A stretch of DNA of 64,000 nucleotides from Sulfurovum sp. GTDB taxonomy: Bacteria > Campylobacterota > Campylobacteria > Campylobacterales > Sulfurovaceae. Positions 38,362 through 46,857 of the stretch are shown here, one piece after another. A program made the translations under genes and the position numbers. Within the stretch, counting starts at the first letter, position 1, and every line of letters begins with the position of its first letter. Below the pieces are notes generated by a model. It was given only the letters and a program-made list of their open reading frames with translations. It was not told where the DNA came from and ran no database searches. Location of the stretch: contig JALXCZ010000011.1 of the NCBI GenBank assembly GCA_026990595.1, positions 25,312 through 89,311 of the forward strand, in the 5' to 3' direction.

Positions 38362-41300
38362 ATGTTTGATTTTTTCTATAAAAGGTCTTACTTACTTTAT
38401 TCACTTATCGCTGCCTTTTTTGTGATGGGGATCATTGCTCTGGCGACACTGCCAAAGAACCTTTTCCCTGATGCTAATCCACCACAGGTCATTGTTATTA
38501 CAAATGTCCCTGGTGCAACGGCACAGGTAGCAGCCTCAACAGTTTCCAAGCCGATTGAACAAGAAATCTCTCGTCTAGGACTGGTGACTGATGTCAGCTC
38601 TGTTAATGTTGCTAACTACTCCATTGTCAAAGCGGACTTTGGTTACAAAAAAGGTTTAAATGCTGCTGCAGTTGATGTTGCCAATGCCCTGAGTATCGTC
38701 AGAGCAAAATTGCCAAAAGGAACAAACCCTGCTATCTATACAGCCGGAGATTTCACCCTTCCGGTTGATGTCATTGCCATGAGTCCGAAGAACAATTCGA
38801 TTACATTGGCAGATATTCGAAAGATTGCTGACAGTTTCATTAAACCTGAATTACTGAGCAATAAAAGTATTGGAAATGTAGAAGTCTTTGGTGGGTATGA
38901 GAGTGCTATCAATATTGAAGTCGACCCTTTCAAAGCCAAAAAATATAATGTTAATTTTGAGGCTATTGCCAAAGCTATCGGGATACTTGATCGTGATATG
39001 CCTATTGGTTTCATTAAAGGAAAAAATGATTTCTATACGGTCACTTTTTACGGGGAAAAAGATAATATTTTGAGTCTAAAACAACTTCAAATTATGCCAA
39101 ATGTTCGTCTAAGTGATATAGCTGATGTAAAATGGAGCTATAAAAAAAGAACAAGCGGATATATTGGAAATGGTGCGGATGCTGTCGCTCTGGCGGTACA
39201 ACGTGCGCCCGGAGGCAGTGTACTTGATGTTTCAAAAGCTGCACGTGCACAGATGAAGCTACTTGAAGCAAAATATCCAAATATTCGTTTTGAGATATCC
39301 GATACACAGCGTGACCTTATCGAGCAGGCAAATGACAATATGCTTGAAGCCTTACGTGATGCTATTATCTATACACTGTTGGTTATTATGCTCTTTTTAG
39401 GGAACTTCCGTGCTATTGTTGCTGCGGGTCTTTCCATCCCCATGGTTTTCTTCTCTACTATGGCGATTATTTGGCTAACCGGAGGTGAGCTTAATATTGT
39501 TATTTACACCGCTATTATACTTGCACTGGGAATGTTGACAGATGATGCGGTAGTGGTACTTGAAAATATTGAAAGGCATTTGAGTGAGGGGCATGAAAAG
39601 CTTGAAGATGCCATCGTTAAAGGGACCAAAGAAGTACTCAACCCTGTCTTTGCGGGTACCATAGCAACGATTGCTATTCTTTTCCCATTGATGTTTGTTG
39701 GCGGTTTTCCTCAAAAAATATTCAAACCTCTTATTGAAACACTTATCATTGCATTGTTGGTGAGTTATTTCCTTTCCATTACTTTCATTCCGTCTCTCTC
39801 CAAGTGGCTTTATAAAAATGGGGTAGGCAAAACAAAAGTTGAAGAGGGGTTTGAGTGGTTATACCAAAAGACTATTGGTCGTCTGGTTGGACCATATGTT
39901 GGGATTATCAGATTCTCTAATGGAAAGTTCTGGTTTTTAAGAAGAATGATGTTGACAATAGGTGTGATTATGGTATTGGCATTGAGCATGAAAAATATTA
40001 TGCCAACTATTGGTAAAGATGCTATGCCTCCGATGGATACAGGGATCATTAAAGCACAGATTGCTTTCAGTGCCAATGAAACCGTAGAGAGTGCCGAGCG
40101 TAAACTTCAACCGTTCCTTGCATGGTTAGACAAGCAAAAATGGATCAAAATGAGTTCGGTTGCATTCGGAACGGAACCGGGAGTACTCAGTCTGGGGTCA
40201 GGTAATCTACCTGCTGAAGCGACTATTACTATTAATGCAGTCAATCGTTTTAAAAGGAAGCAGACTATGTGGCAGCTTGAAGATGTCATACGGGACAAAC
40301 TTTCTAAGACGGAGGGACTTAAACGTAATGATGTCTTCGATTTTGGGGCAACCGCACTCTCTTCCATCAAAGCAACGGTTGACGCGAGACTCAGTTCACC
40401 ATACGTGGATGGTCTTCCTGCTGCATCACACAAAGTTGCCAAAGCCATTGAAAAAGTCAAAGGGCTGACTTCAGTCTCTACCAGCTGGGATAAAGACTTT
40501 ATGGAAGTAGAACTTGACATTGATGAGAACAAAGCACTCAGCTATGGTCTTACACCATACCAGATTGCGATGCAGATGCCGATCAAAGGGCAGGTGGTCG
40601 GACTTAATGCCAACTTCCAGTCAATGAATACGCAGGTTGTGAGACTCTATCTTAAAGGTAAGTTTTCGCAGAATATTGAGACATTGAGGCTACTGCCTAT
40701 TACCACACCAAATGGAGAAATACCACTTGGACAGATAGCTACACTCAAACGTCACCTGACCTTTGCAAAGATTGAGCGAGACAAAATGCTCTACAGTGTC
40801 GATGTCAATGGATACCGCGCAAAACGACCTGTCACGCATTTGACCGATGATGCTGTAGCTGCACTCAAAGATGCCAATATCACGGATATCCAGATCGATC
40901 AGACAGGAGATATTGCACAGATAAATGACAGTTTTAAACGTATGCTGAAAGCCATTGGACTGGGTGTGATCATCCTTATTATGACACTGATAGCGATTTA
41001 TAAATCTGTACGTATGGCATTCATTATGATTTTGGTACTGCCACTATCGCTTATCGGCGCGGCATGGGGTATGCTTCTCTTTGACAAGCCAAGTTGTATG
41101 CCAAGTCTTTTGGGAATACTATTACTCTTTGGGATCATTATTAAAAATGCGGTACTGCTCATTGACTTCTATCAGGCATACCGGAAAGAGGGTGAGAGTC
41201 CGTTTGAGAGTGCACAGGAAGCAGTACGTGTACGTTTCCGTCCGGTGATGATGACGGCATTTGGTACCATTGCAGGTATGATACCTATTGCGTTGGAACA

Positions 41301-41469
41301 GGCAGTCGGACTTGAACGTCTCTCACCGTTGGCAGATGTTGCTATTGGTGGGCTGCTTGTCGGTACGCTGCTGACATTGGTGTATGTACCAATGTACGCG
41401 TATATTTTTGACAAAGGAAACAAGAAAAGCAACCCGCTTGAGAAAGTGGAAGAAGCTATCATTTCATAA
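38362..41469 (+). CDS. RND efflux permease (AcrB/AcrD/AcrF superfamily)
   Basis: 1035 aa; GMLTDDAVVVLEN, GIIIKNAVLL and RFRPVMMTA proton-relay motifs. Confidence 0.93.
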   Translation: MFDFFYKRSYLLYSLIAAFFVMGIIALATLPKNLFPDANPPQVIVITNVPGATAQVAASTVSKPIEQEISRLGLVTDVSSVNVANYSIVKADFGYKKGLNAAAVDVANALSIVRAKLPKGTNPAIYTAGDFTLPVDVIAMSPKNNSITLADIRKIADSFIKPELLSNKSIGNVEVFGGYESAINIEVDPFKAKKYNVNFEAIAKAIGILDRDMPIGFIKGKNDFYTVTFYGEKDNILSLKQLQIMPNVRLSDIADVKWSYKKRTSGYIGNGADAVALAVQRAPGGSVLDVSKAARAQMKLLEAKYPNIRFEISDTQRDLIEQANDNMLEALRDAIIYTLLVIMLFLGNFRAIVAAGLSIPMVFFSTMAIIWLTGGELNIVIYTAIILALGMLTDDAVVVLENIERHLSEGHEKLEDAIVKGTKEVLNPVFAGTIATIAILFPLMFVGGFPQKIFKPLIETLIIALLVSYFLSITFIPSLSKWLYKNGVGKTKVEEGFEWLYQKTIGRLVGPYVGIIRFSNGKFWFLRRMMLTIGVIMVLALSMKNIMPTIGKDAMPPMDTGIIKAQIAFSANETVESAERKLQPFLAWLDKQKWIKMSSVAFGTEPGVLSLGSGNLPAEATITINAVNRFKRKQTMWQLEDVIRDKLSKTEGLKRNDVFDFGATALSSIKATVDARLSSPYVDGLPAASHKVAKAIEKVKGLTSVSTSWDKDFMEVELDIDENKALSYGLTPYQIAMQMPIKGQVVGLNANFQSMNTQVVRLYLKGKFSQNIETLRLLPITTPNGEIPLGQIATLKRHLTFAKIERDKMLYSVDVNGYRAKRPVTHLTDDAVAALKDANITDIQIDQTGDIAQINDSFKRMLKAIGLGVIILIMTLIAIYKSVRMAFIMILVLPLSLIGAAWGMLLFDKPSCMPSLLGILLLFGIIIKNAVLLIDFYQAYRKEGESPFESAQEAVRVRFRPVMMTAFGTIAGMIPIALEQAVGLERLSPLADVAIGGLLVGTLLTLVYVPMYAYIFDKGNKKSNPLEKVEEAIIS

Positions 41470-41478
41470 GGAAAATAA

Positions 41479-42102
41479 TTGAAATTACAGTATGCAGGTC
41501 CAAAACCGATTATATCGCAACATGGTATTTTTTTCAAAAATGGAAAAGAAGATAAATACATCTATCTTAAAATGGCAGTAAATGTATTGCTTGCCATTGA
41601 CAAAGATTACAACAGGCAAGATAAATATGAAACATACATAGAAGATCATACTAATTTGACAGATGAAAGACTTTTGGAAATATCAGCAATATATGAGCCA
41701 AATCTTGAGGAACATGTTGAGAATGAAGAAAAACAGTATGAGAAACATATTGATACAATGATCGAAGAAGTTAAGCATACATTATTTACAGAAGAAGAAA
41801 AATCTATCTGGATAAATAATATCAATATTATGAGACCCTATATGATACAAAGAGAGATAAACAAATTGTATTATATTCATTGTATTAAAGCTATCAAAGA
41901 GATAATACATAAAGAAGGGATCAACGAGATTGATATTGACTTCAGTTTGCAACATTTGCATATTCTGGAATCCATTGCAGGTAATTTGGAATACGGAACA
42001 AAATCAATTCCCACTATGATAAAAATAAATCCTAACAAAGATGGAAGAATGATGGCACGTTTATACATCAATCGACGTGAAGAAAATAGGAAAGAATATT
42101 AA
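41479..42102 (+). CDS. Hypothetical soluble acidic protein
   Basis: 207-aa ORF with AAGGA RBS and TTG start; abuts the next gene. Confidence 0.7.
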   Translation: MKLQYAGPKPIISQHGIFFKNGKEDKYIYLKMAVNVLLAIDKDYNRQDKYETYIEDHTNLTDERLLEISAIYEPNLEEHVENEEKQYEKHIDTMIEEVKHTLFTEEEKSIWINNINIMRPYMIQREINKLYYIHCIKAIKEIIHKEGINEIDIDFSLQHLHILESIAGNLEYGTKSIPTMIKINPNKDGRMMARLYINRREENRKEY

Positions 42103-42851
42103 TGAATAGTTTACAGATGAAAATAAAAGAGTTCTTTACATACGGTGAAAAAGTACCTGGCTATGAGGTACCTGTACTTAATGAAAGAGAAGCGCGTGCT
42201 GCAGCAGCCATTTTGTTCGTGGGTGCTTTTCTGGGGCTGGCGAACGGTGTAATGCTTGGAACAGCTGTCTTTTCCGAATATTTCGTAACCTTCTTTGCGA
42301 TCGATTTCACCATGCGTATCATTCAGCCACGATATGCTCCCAGTCTGATGTTGGGGCGTTTTTTCGTACAGAACCAGAAGCCTGAGTATGTTGGAGCGGC
42401 ACAGAAACGTTTTGCCTGGACATTAGGTTTTATATTGGCATGGCCGATGTTCTACTATCTGGTTATCGATTTTCAGCCCAATCCGCTGAAAGTCCTCGTC
42501 TGTCTCATTTGTATGGCACTGCTCTTTTTTGAAGCGGCCTTTTCCATCTGTCTGGGGTGTAAGATCTTTGGTCTGATCAAAAAACAGGATCCAAAGTATT
42601 GTCCCGGCGGAATATGTGAAATGAATATCAAGGAGCCTATTCAGAGATTTTCTCCGGTTCAGAAAGTGATTCTTGTAATGACTTTTCTTATTATGGGGTA
42701 TGGTACATATGCCTACTTTACCAAACTACCTGATAGAACCATCTTTGTCAAAAAAATGAAAATGCTTATGATGAATCAAGCAGAACTTGATGCCATGACA
42801 AAAGCAAAAGAGAAGGCGGAAGAGGATGCATTTTTTAATGATGATGAGTAA
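42102..42851 (+). CDS. DUF4395 family membrane protein
   Basis: LNEREARAAA, PEYVGAAQKRFAWTLG and FEAAFSICLGCKIF motifs. Confidence 0.75.
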   Translation: MNSLQMKIKEFFTYGEKVPGYEVPVLNEREARAAAAILFVGAFLGLANGVMLGTAVFSEYFVTFFAIDFTMRIIQPRYAPSLMLGRFFVQNQKPEYVGAAQKRFAWTLGFILAWPMFYYLVIDFQPNPLKVLVCLICMALLFFEAAFSICLGCKIFGLIKKQDPKYCPGGICEMNIKEPIQRFSPVQKVILVMTFLIMGYGTYAYFTKLPDRTIFVKKMKMLMMNQAELDAMTKAKEKAEEDAFFNDDE

Positions 42852-42898
42852 TTTAAAAGTTGTTTTTATATATTAAATTATAACCTGAATAATATATA

Positions 42899-42918
42899 AT
42901 ATCAAGATATATTGATAT
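42899..42918 (+). promoter_or_regulatory. ArsR/SmtB-type operator candidate
   Basis: Perfect inverted repeat ATATCAA-GATATA-TTGATAT (contains ATCAA-N6-TTGAT) overlapping a TATAAT, 48 nt upstream of the permease. Confidence 0.55.
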
Positions 42919-42966
42919 GTTAAATTTTTTATGTTATACTCTTGTAATCTTATTAAAAGGGTATGG

Positions 42967-43914
42967 ATGTGGAAAGAAGCAATAGATTACTTAACCTTTG
43001 ATATGCTTGGGCTGACCGGAAGGGTTAACGAGACGGTCAACTTTTTCATTTACGATACGGTCAAGATCCTCTTTTTGCTGATTGTCATCATCTTTGTCGT
43101 CTCCTATTTGAGAACACACTTCAACACGGAGTACGTCAGGGCACATTTGCAGGGCAAGTCTGAGCTTTACGGCAATGTGCTGGCCGCACTCTTCGGCATC
43201 ATTACGCCGTTTTGTTCCTGCTCTGCCATTCCGCTGTTCCTGGGCTTTCTGCAGGCGCGCATCCCGCTGGGGGTGACTTTTTCCTACCTCATCTCTGCGC
43301 CAATGAACAACGAAGTCGCCATCGCGCTGCTCTTTACGCTTTTTGGCTGGAAGATCACGGCGATTTACATCGCTTTCGGGCTCTTTGTGGCGATCGTCGG
43401 AGGATTTGTCATCGGCAGGTTCAACCTTGAAAAGTATGTGCTCATCCCTGTTAAGCCCATCGATACCAAACTCGAAGCTGGAGAAGTGAAGATGAGCGCC
43501 AAAGCACGTGCCAAAGAAGCATGGAACTATACTTGGGATATCTTCAAACAGATTTGGCTCTATGTACTTGTGGGAGTTGGCATCGGTGCATTCATTCACG
43601 GCTATGTGCTTGCGGACTTCATCGCCAAATATGCCGGCGGTGACAACTGGTACGGGGTGCCGCTGGCGGTCATCCTCGGTGTTCCGATGTACTCCAACGC
43701 TGCAGGTGTGATGCCGCTGGTGGAAGTACTGACCCAGAAAGGGATGCTGCTTGGAACAGCGTTGAGTTTCATGATGGCCATCACGGCTCTGAGCCTTCCC
43801 GAAGCGATGATACTGAAAAAAATACTGCATACCAGACTCATAGCGCTCTTTTTCGGTATTGTCAGTGCAGGTATTATTTGTATCGGGTATCTGTTCAACT
43901 ATATTTTAATGTAA
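42967..43914 (+). CDS. DUF318/ArsP-like permease
   Basis: TPFCSCSAIP, SAPMNNE, GVPMYSNAAG and ALSLPE motifs. Start placed at ATG 42967. Confidence 0.88.
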   Translation: MWKEAIDYLTFDMLGLTGRVNETVNFFIYDTVKILFLLIVIIFVVSYLRTHFNTEYVRAHLQGKSELYGNVLAALFGIITPFCSCSAIPLFLGFLQARIPLGVTFSYLISAPMNNEVAIALLFTLFGWKITAIYIAFGLFVAIVGGFVIGRFNLEKYVLIPVKPIDTKLEAGEVKMSAKARAKEAWNYTWDIFKQIWLYVLVGVGIGAFIHGYVLADFIAKYAGGDNWYGVPLAVILGVPMYSNAAGVMPLVEVLTQKGMLLGTALSFMMAITALSLPEAMILKKILHTRLIALFFGIVSAGIICIGYLFNYILM

Positions 43915-43927
43915 AAAAGGAAAAGAA

Positions 43928-44090
43928 ATGGACAGTGAAAAAGAACCGATGTTGAAGACAACCCCTTCTTTACTGCAATTGACCTGGGCTTTTTTTATCA
44001 TCGGATTGACGGCATACAGTGTGGCTATGCTGCAACAGCTAAAACACTTGTTGTAGGCCGAAAATGGCTCTCGCAAAATTCGATTTTATG
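43928..44090 (+). pseudogene. Truncated, frameshifted N-terminal fragment resembling a chromate transporter (ChrA)
   Basis: MDSEKEPMLKTTPSLLQLTWAFFIIGLTAYSVAMLQQLKHLL* (stop 44054-44056). A shifted frame continues VGRKWLSQ, as in the first ChrA helix plus KWLS motif. Confidence 0.55.
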
Positions 44091-44132
44091 ATTTGAAACG
44101 GTGGCATACAGAAAATGAATGAGGAGAAAAAA

Positions 44133-44381
44133 ATGAAAATAGAAATTTTGGGAACGGGATGCACAAAGTGTGTGGCTCTTGAAAAAGTCGTAGAACAGGC
44201 AGTCGCCAAAGTAGGCGGTTTTCACCAGATCGAAAAAGTCGATGACATTATGGAGATCATGAAGTACAATGTGGTTAGTACACCGGGGCTTGTCCTGGAC
44301 GGAAAAGTCGTTTCGACCGGCAAGCTGCTTTCTGTCGAGGAAGTGGTCAAGCTCATAGAGGAAGCACAGAAGCATGCTTAG
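44133..44381 (+). CDS. Small redox-active disulfide protein (MTH895-type thioredoxin family)
   Basis: MKIEILGTGCTKC and STPGLVLDGKV; GAGGAG RBS before ATG 44133. Confidence 0.88.
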   Translation: MKIEILGTGCTKCVALEKVVEQAVAKVGGFHQIEKVDDIMEIMKYNVVSTPGLVLDGKVVSTGKLLSVEEVVKLIEEAQKHA

Positions 44382-45090
44382 GAAAATAGGGCTTGCAGCA
44401 ATGGCGGGTACAGTACTTCTGGCGGCACAGCAGCATCTCAATATTGACGATGCCTTTTATGAAAATGTTGTCAGGAACGCCCCCAACGCACGTCCGGTAT
44501 GGGTGAAAGATACCGACAGTGCGATGGGGCGCTACAACCGCTACCCCAAGCAGCTCGACATCAGGACGCTTGCACGTGCGCACGGGCATCTCTGCGACGG
44601 GCTGGTGCTGGCCTATGTGGAGCTTTCCAACACACTGCCGAAACTCTTTTCTGATGGTGTGATCGACCGGACTGATCTTCGGGTGGTCGCCAAGAACAGC
44701 CCCTGTCTGGTCGACACTTCCGCACTGATGAGCGGTGCGAGAATCAATCACCGGACACTCTCTCTGGACAACAGTCTCGGCGGTGCTTTCATCGTTCAGC
44801 GTATCTCCACAGGGGAAACTTACAGAGTAGAACTGGCTGATAAAAGTTTCATCAGGTCCCTCAAGGCAAAAGAGGCAGAGATCAAAAAGAAGCAGAAAAT
44901 GCACCTGACGGTCACGCCGCAGGATATTGACGAACTGGAAGCACTGGCATTCGAAGCCATGAAACATATGCTCAACACCGATCCGAAAAAATTCCTGAAA
45001 ATCACGAAGCTGAAAAACTATGACTACCGTTTTAACCTGGACGATATCGGATCCCGAAGCGATGTCATCAACAAAAACGTCGGCAGGTAG
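44374..45090 (+). CDS. Exported FmdE-family protein
   Basis: Signal peptide; AHGHLCDG metal motif and NSPCLVD. Confidence 0.78.
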   Translation: MLRKIGLAAMAGTVLLAAQQHLNIDDAFYENVVRNAPNARPVWVKDTDSAMGRYNRYPKQLDIRTLARAHGHLCDGLVLAYVELSNTLPKLFSDGVIDRTDLRVVAKNSPCLVDTSALMSGARINHRTLSLDNSLGGAFIVQRISTGETYRVELADKSFIRSLKAKEAEIKKKQKMHLTVTPQDIDELEALAFEAMKHMLNTDPKKFLKITKLKNYDYRFNLDDIGSRSDVINKNVGR

Positions 45091-45097
45091 AGAGCAC

Positions 45098-45799
45098 ATG
45101 CAGCCGTTCATTACCCATTTGCTTGAGTCCAATTCCTGGCTGGTCTTTGCAGGAGCGTTCTTCTCCGGCAGCATTACGGCTGCGGCTCCCTGTTCACTGG
45201 TAGCGGTACCGTTGCTTGTAGGAAGTGCGGTTGCCCTGAACAAAGACCTTGAAGGCAGAAAAAAAGTGCTCTATACCTACGCGTTCACAGCACTTTTTGC
45301 TTTAGGTGTAGCGGTAAGCTTTTCCATTTTGGGGCTGGTCGTGGCAAAGTTCGGAGGCTTTTTCTCCATTGCACCGCTGTGGGCCTACCTTACCGCCGGT
45401 ACGCTGAGCATTCTCATCGCTCTGTATGCCTTCGGCTATTTGGGAGAGGTCGATAAATCGGCTATCATCCACAGGCTAATACGCTACAGACTTTTCGGCG
45501 GTTTACTCATCGGTCTGATCTTCGGACTGGTCAGTACACCCTGTGCCTCGGCACCGCTTTTTGCCATTGTCTCTCTGGCGGGAAGCAGCGGGTATTTGTA
45601 TGCTTATGGGCTTATTCTACTTTTTGCATTGGGTCATTCTCTATTACTTCTTGCTGCAGGTGTTTCGGTTGGATTTGCGCAAAGCATCACTTCAAGTAGC
45701 ACTATGGTAAAAATTTCGGACTGGCTTAACAAGGGGTTTGCCCTTTTGTTAATCGGGTTTGGAATTTACTTTTTCTATGAAGCTTATGTACAGCTTTAG
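45098..45799 (+). CDS. ccdA: CcdA/DsbD-type transmembrane thiol-disulfide electron transporter
   Basis: AAAPCSL and VSTPCASAPL conserved Pro-Cys pair; about 6 TM. Start placed at ATG 45098. Confidence 0.82.
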   Translation: MQPFITHLLESNSWLVFAGAFFSGSITAAAPCSLVAVPLLVGSAVALNKDLEGRKKVLYTYAFTALFALGVAVSFSILGLVVAKFGGFFSIAPLWAYLTAGTLSILIALYAFGYLGEVDKSAIIHRLIRYRLFGGLLIGLIFGLVSTPCASAPLFAIVSLAGSSGYLYAYGLILLFALGHSLLLLAAGVSVGFAQSITSSSTMVKISDWLNKGFALLLIGFGIYFFYEAYVQL

Positions 45800-45904
45800 A
45801 AGACTTAAAATAACAGAATTGGTTGTAAATTATATAAATCAATGCTTAATTTAAAAATGGATAGAAATTGACATTTTTTAAGAAATAATTAAAAAATATA
45901 CAGA

Positions 45905-45934
45905 TATAATTAACTAACCAGTTGGTTAATTATA
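45905..45934 (+). promoter_or_regulatory. -10 box plus TetR-like operator
   Basis: TATAATTAAC-TAACCAGTTG-GTTAATTATA inverted repeat. The first 19 bp are identical to 35409-35427. Confidence 0.6.
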
Positions 45935-45960
45935 AATAATTTAAAGTAAAGGATTGTGAT

Positions 45961-46848
45961 ATGAGTGGTCATCACCATAAAGTAAGCGGTAAGAACCTTT
46001 TCTGGACAATCGTTCTTAATATAATTATCACCCTCTCGCAGATCGTAGGAGGGATCATCTCTGGGTCGTTGGCACTGCTGAGTGATGCGATGCACAACTT
46101 CAGTGATGTGCTTGCGCTCGTCATTGCGTATGCTGCCAACCGTATGGCGGCACGCCCCAATGATGTGCAGCGGACATTTGGCTACAAACGTGCCGAGATT
46201 CTCGCCGCACTCTTTAACGCTTCGGTGCTCATCGGTATTGCTGTGTTTCTTATTGTCGAAGCATTCCACAAGTTCTACCATCCCGAACCCATCAACTCGG
46301 TATGGGTCATAGTACTTGGTGCACTTAGTATCGTGCTCAATACAGCAAGTGTCCTACTTATCAAAGAGGATTCACATGAGAGTATGAACGTCAAAGCCGC
46401 CTATCTGCACCTACTGACCGATGTGATGACCTCCATTGCCGTTGTGCTTGGTGGTGTACTGATGTACTACTTCGGTATTTTCTGGATTGATCCGCTCATC
46501 TCTGCGCTTATAGCGCTATATCTCATATGGGCATCGTTCGGGCTGGTGAAAGAGAGTAGTGCAATTTTGATGCAGTTCACACCGGAGGGCATTGATATAA
46601 ATCATATTGTTGATAGTATTGAAGCAGAGCCGGAGATTGAAAATGTCCATCATATCCACATTTGGAAACTGGATGACCACCAGATAAACCTTGAAGCACA
46701 TTTGGATTTTTGTGAAGATGTCACACTCTCTGTATCAAATGCTGTGATTGATAGAATTGAGAAAAAATTACATGATACCTTTGAAATTGAACATATCACA
46801 TTTCAATGTGAGTACAACAGAGATGATAAAAAAGAAATCATAATTTAA
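45961..46848 (+). CDS. Cation diffusion facilitator (CzcD-like Zn/Co/Cd exporter)
   Basis: SLALLSDAMHNFSD, TFGYKRAE, AYLHLLTD and HHIHIW motifs. Confidence 0.93.
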   Translation: MSGHHHKVSGKNLFWTIVLNIIITLSQIVGGIISGSLALLSDAMHNFSDVLALVIAYAANRMAARPNDVQRTFGYKRAEILAALFNASVLIGIAVFLIVEAFHKFYHPEPINSVWVIVLGALSIVLNTASVLLIKEDSHESMNVKAAYLHLLTDVMTSIAVVLGGVLMYYFGIFWIDPLISALIALYLIWASFGLVKESSAILMQFTPEGIDINHIVDSIEAEPEIENVHHIHIWKLDDHQINLEAHLDFCEDVTLSVSNAVIDRIEKKLHDTFEIEHITFQCEYNRDDKKEIII

Positions 46849-46857
46849 AGGAATCAT

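Noticed and set aside
42991-43830. 279-aa antisense ORF opposite the DUF318 permease
   Set aside because: Fully overlaps a well-supported gene in a GC-rich block where antisense stops are depleted; no motif or RBS.
44353-45243. 296-aa antisense ORF opposite the FmdE-like gene
   Set aside because: Shadow ORF of GC-rich coding sequence; no recognisable family.
45868-45873. TTGACA as the -35 of the CDF promoter
   Set aside because: 31 nt from the TATAAT at 45905, incompatible with sigma70 spacing.
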